Below, piece by piece: positions 60,662 through 64,000 of a DNA stretch of 64,000 bases. Both the position numbers and the translations under genes were made by a program. Where the stretch lies: positions 1 through 64,000 of the forward strand of contig DXJF01000148.1 of assembly GCA_019057375.1 (NCBI GenBank), given 5' to 3'. The notes beneath the pieces were generated by a model. The model was not told the origin of the DNA, did not search any database, and saw only the letters and a list, made by a program, of their open reading frames with translations. Numbering within the stretch: position 1 is the first letter of the stretch; every line of letters starts with the position of its first letter. The DNA is from Candidatus Heimdallarchaeota archaeon (GTDB taxonomy: Archaea; Asgardarchaeota; Heimdallarchaeia; Heimdallarchaeales; Heimdallarchaeaceae).

Positions 60662-61594
60662 TCAGTTTTCTATTCTTAATTGTTCAGCATAATCTCTCTC
60701 CCACTCTTTGATAAGATGCTTCTCCCAAGTATCTGTGTCTATTAATATCTTAATTATTTCCTCAAAATGCTTTTTCTCTTCAAAAATCTGAAAAGCTTCA
60801 TCTATTTCGATTCCTTCCTTGTAAAGCCAATCATTACATAGATCGGCTACAAATTCTGCAAACCTTCTATAAACTTCACGATGTTCTTTCTTCTGAGATA
60901 TAACTACAGTGAACGCTTTCTCAATTTTCTGAACATAAATAATTATATTCTCACTCTCAAGGAGTTTTAGTTCCCCTAATCCGATTGATTTTCCTAAATC
61001 TAGAACAGCTGACATAAAGGCAGTTATGAGTGTTGCATCATAGGGTAAAGATAAAGTCAACATAAGAAAAACAGGCTGTCCTGATTCTAAGGTTATTAAC
61101 ATATCTACATCTTGTATAAGCAGGGGTTTTTTTAAATCATCTTCAACTTCAACAATAACAGCTTTATTTTTCTGTGAGTTGATTGTTCGTCTATTGATGA
61201 TCAAATTCAGATTTCGCATGAAATAATAAATTCTTTCTCTTTCCTTCTCTAGAAATTCTTCATCTTCGATCCATGGACTACTTTCTTTGATTATCTCTAA
61301 AGGTTGAAAGTTATCTTGAAAATTCTTTTTTACTCTACTTACTAAGGTTTCGTAAGTTCCTTTCTCCTTAACAATAGTGAGAATATAATCACCTTTTGTT
61401 TCACAAACAATCTCGTTATTACCAAATTCAATTAGTAGGGGAGACTTTTCACCAAACTCACCGATAATTGATGTTACTGCAGTAATGTAGCTGATTACCT
61501 CTACATTCTTCTCTTCAGATGCCCATTGAGAATCATAGATTCTATAGTATCTACATGAACCTGAAGTTTTCAGTACAAGAACCGCTTTAACCAA
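60662..61594 (-). CDS. Tandem longin-like domain protein
   Basis: Two repeats of the pattern (AVLVLKTSGSCRYY..ISYITAV..; MLITLESGQPVF..LITAFMSAVLDLG..LESENIIIYV..). Confidence 0.6.
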   Translation of the reverse strand: MVKAVLVLKTSGSCRYYRIYDSQWASEEKNVEVISYITAVTSIIGEFGEKSPLLIEFGNNEIVCETKGDYILTIVKEKGTYETLVSRVKKNFQDNFQPLEIIKESSPWIEDEEFLEKERERIYYFMRNLNLIINRRTINSQKNKAVIVEVEDDLKKPLLIQDVDMLITLESGQPVFLMLTLSLPYDATLITAFMSAVLDLGKSIGLGELKLLESENIIIYVQKIEKAFTVVISQKKEHREVYRRFAEFVADLCNDWLYKEGIEIDEAFQIFEEKKHFEEIIKILIDTDTWEKHLIKEWERDYAEQLRIEN

Positions 61595-61686
61595 CCTAAA
61601 TCACACTAAACTAATATATCGGTAATCGAGTATACCTTCAACAGATAGAAATAAGTCTTAAAAGCTTTCTTTAAGGGAAAAAGATA

Positions 61687-62760
61687 ATGAAATATACTTC
61701 ACGTGGTATTCAAATACCGTATTCTAAAGCTGAGATTATTTTAACTATTCTTAGGAAACATCGAATCATTAATGTAGATTTAGAGTTTGTCAGAAAGGAA
61801 AAAACCCTAGTAATCCCAGTTAACACAACTGATGATAATCTCAGAAGTTTACTAGAATCAGCAGCTATAGATTTTGATTACAGTGTTGATGTTTTTGCTT
61901 TTATTGAAAAGGAAAAACAGCCCAAGAATTTATTTGAAGCTGTTAATAATTCCATTCCTGAACATCTACAAGAGCATATTCCTAAAGCATATGATATTGT
62001 TGGAGATATTGTTATTATTGATATTCCAGAAGAAATTCTATCTTTTAAATTTAAATTTGGTGAAGCTCTTCTATCTTTATTTCCCTCTATAAAAACTGTT
62101 TATCGAAAAGCTTCAACTGTCTCTGGTGAATTGAGAATAAGAGAGATAGAATATTTATCCGGAGAAAAGAAATGTGTAACGGTTCATACTGAACATGAAA
62201 TAAAAATTGTTGTTAATGTGTGTGAAGCATATTTTAGTCCTCGGCTAGGGCATGAACATAAGAGAGTAGCTGATAAGTGCAAAGAAGGAGAAATCATCAT
62301 AGATCTTTTTACAGGAGTAGGTTCTTTTCCATTACACATAGCCAAGAGTAAGGCTATAACCGTGCATGCAATTGATATTAATAAAGAAGCATTGAAGTGT
62401 TTAGAAAAATCAATTAAAAATAATAATCCCAAAGGAATGATAATACCAACTCATGGTGATAGTAGGCGTGTAATAGATACATTGCCTAAAGCAGACAGAA
62501 TTATAATGAATTTACCTGGTAGAGCTCACGAATATATTGATGTGGCATGTAACATAGCAAGACCTGGTAGTATTATATACTTCTATCAGTTTGTTTCTGA
62601 TTCAGAACCTTTAGAGGAAATGAAGAAGATACTAGAAGAGAAACTAAACGAGCAGAATTGGATTATTGAGGAGATTATAAGTTTCGAAAAGATAAGAGAG
62701 AGTGCTCCAAGAGAGATTCATGCATGCTTAGAAGTATCAGTTATTCCTCAACATAAATAG
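61687..62760 (+). CDS. trm5: tRNA (guanine37-N1)-methyltransferase, Trm5 family
   Basis: YDIVGDIVII, GELRIRE, AYFSPRL..EH, DLFTGVGSF, AIDIN, RIIMNLP. Confidence 0.88.
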   Translation: MKYTSRGIQIPYSKAEIILTILRKHRIINVDLEFVRKEKTLVIPVNTTDDNLRSLLESAAIDFDYSVDVFAFIEKEKQPKNLFEAVNNSIPEHLQEHIPKAYDIVGDIVIIDIPEEILSFKFKFGEALLSLFPSIKTVYRKASTVSGELRIREIEYLSGEKKCVTVHTEHEIKIVVNVCEAYFSPRLGHEHKRVADKCKEGEIIIDLFTGVGSFPLHIAKSKAITVHAIDINKEALKCLEKSIKNNNPKGMIIPTHGDSRRVIDTLPKADRIIMNLPGRAHEYIDVACNIARPGSIIYFYQFVSDSEPLEEMKKILEEKLNEQNWIIEEIISFEKIRESAPREIHACLEVSVIPQHK

Positions 62761-63163
62761 TAACTTTAAGCTGAGAATCAGAATCTTTTAGCTTCTCAAC
62801 AATATCCTTAGAAATATTACAAGCTGCTTTATTAGCTCTAATGGCTAGAGTCCTGGGGCAAGTATACGAGCTTTTTCTTACAATCATTGCCCTAGAATCA
62901 GATAATTGTAAATTTGGATTACCATGTCCTAAAATTTCTTCAATATTCTCCCCTATTTGAAGAACGATTTTAATTTGGCTATTTTCTCTTCTTATTTTTT
63001 CTTTGAATTCTTCTGGCAGATTCTTCAGACTAAGAGAAGAATTTACTCCAACTATGCAATCACCCTTAAGTGATAAAAATGAATCAGTAGTGAATTCCAT
63101 AGTGGATTTGTGAGTAGAAATGATATTCTTGTGACCACGACAAGTAAAAGATACAGGATTCAT
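62741..63163 (-). CDS. DUF371 family protein
   Basis: RGHKNIISTHKSTMEFT...LKGDCIVGV, MIVRKSSY, RTLAIRANKAA. Confidence 0.88.
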   Translation of the reverse strand: MNPVSFTCRGHKNIISTHKSTMEFTTDSFLSLKGDCIVGVNSSLSLKNLPEEFKEKIRRENSQIKIVLQIGENIEEILGHGNPNLQLSDSRAMIVRKSSYTCPRTLAIRANKAACNISKDIVEKLKDSDSQLKVTIYVEE

Positions 63164-63317
63164 TAAGAGAGATTCAGAAGATTACTTAACAAAATTTCGC
63201 TTAAGGTGAGAAATAACTAGAAACAGCATTGTTTCTGCAAACAATTTAAAATACACCATCTTCTAATTAGAAAACATTATAATTATATATGCCCAAATCT
63301 GTCGTAGGTAGACATCT

Positions 63318-64000
63318 ATGTCTCAAGAATTAACTTTAGAGAAAGCCTTTGAATGGTTTAATGGTCGTGTATCTTCAACTTTTTCTAGTTACAGAAATAG
63401 TGCATCAAAACAAATGAGATCTATTAGCGATAAAGTTGAGGAATTAAAAAGTTCTGCACATCGTTTTGATTACTCTGATATAAAAGATCCTGATGTTTAC
63501 CAAAATTATGCTTCAACTATTTATACCAGAACTAATGAAATATTTGATGATATAGAAATTCCAGAAAAAATTACTTATATTAACCTTGAGGCTTTCGCAT
63601 CTGTTCTAAAGAATAAAGTAAATTCATACTTGAGTTTTCTTGCAAAGTACTTATCTTGGTTGAAAAGAGATAGATCTTATAAAGATAAAGTCAAAAGTTT
63701 GGATAGAGCTCTTACGAGACTTAAAGAAGAAATACATAATTTTGAAACAAAAACTATGGTTAACTATTCAGAGATTGTTCCAAAAGAGAAGGTGCTTGAT
63801 GACATTGAAAATCTTACTCATTTAGTACGAAGGAACAATGAACTAGAAGAGGAAATAATCTCACATGCAGATGAAGTAGAGAAGTTAACTAAGGAAATTG
63901 ACAAGCAAAAGGAAAAACTAGATAAATTGAAGAATCATCCGGGTTTCATTCAATTGGAGAATAATAAAAAGGAACTAGAACACATAGAAATTTCGATTTC
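63318..64000 (+). CDS. Coiled-coil hypothetical protein (partial, runs off the right edge)
   Basis: Hand translation from ATG 63318: MSQELTLEKAFEWF... open to the end of the window; heptad-like E/K-rich stretch near the end. Confidence 0.75.
   Translation, partial: MSQELTLEKAFEWFNGRVSSTFSSYRNSASKQMRSISDKVEELKSSAHRFDYSDIKDPDVYQNYASTIYTRTNEIFDDIEIPEKITYINLEAFASVLKNKVNSYLSFLAKYLSWLKRDRSYKDKVKSLDRALTRLKEEIHNFETKTMVNYSEIVPKEKVLDDIENLTHLVRRNNELEEEIISHADEVEKLTKEIDKQKEKLDKLKNHPGFIQLENNKKELEHIEISI

Overview
AT-rich archaeal chromosome segment, most likely an Asgard archaeon of the Heimdallarchaeia type. This is inferred from a Rab-like GTPase, longin-like and roadblock proteins, an MglA/MglB pair, a stand-alone divergent EF-2, FEN-1, Cdc48 and an intron-containing tRNA-Lys. 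The core content is an F420/FO biosynthesis operon (amidohydrolase-reductase-cofG-cofH), cofE plus an FrhB-family gene, thyX, tRNA methyltransferases, PIMT, an ABC exporter and an M20 peptidase. Two parallel MoxR-DUF58-DUF4350-DUF4129 membrane operons flank thyX. One is headed by a transglutaminase-like protein with lost catalytic residues, the other by a PrsW-type protease. The most striking structure is a 9.5 kb accessory island (34.8-44.3 kb) bracketed by a full-length Rab-like GTPase gene and a gap-free copy of its 3' 368 bp. This is the pattern expected from integration into the GTPase gene at the DTGGQ motif with replacement of its 3' end. The island carries three paralogous surface glycoproteins, a subtilase-fold protein with Cys at the catalytic Ser position, an AlbA_2/Schlafen pseudogene and orphan genes. 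No integrase or CRISPR array was recognised. All calls come from motif reading without database searches.
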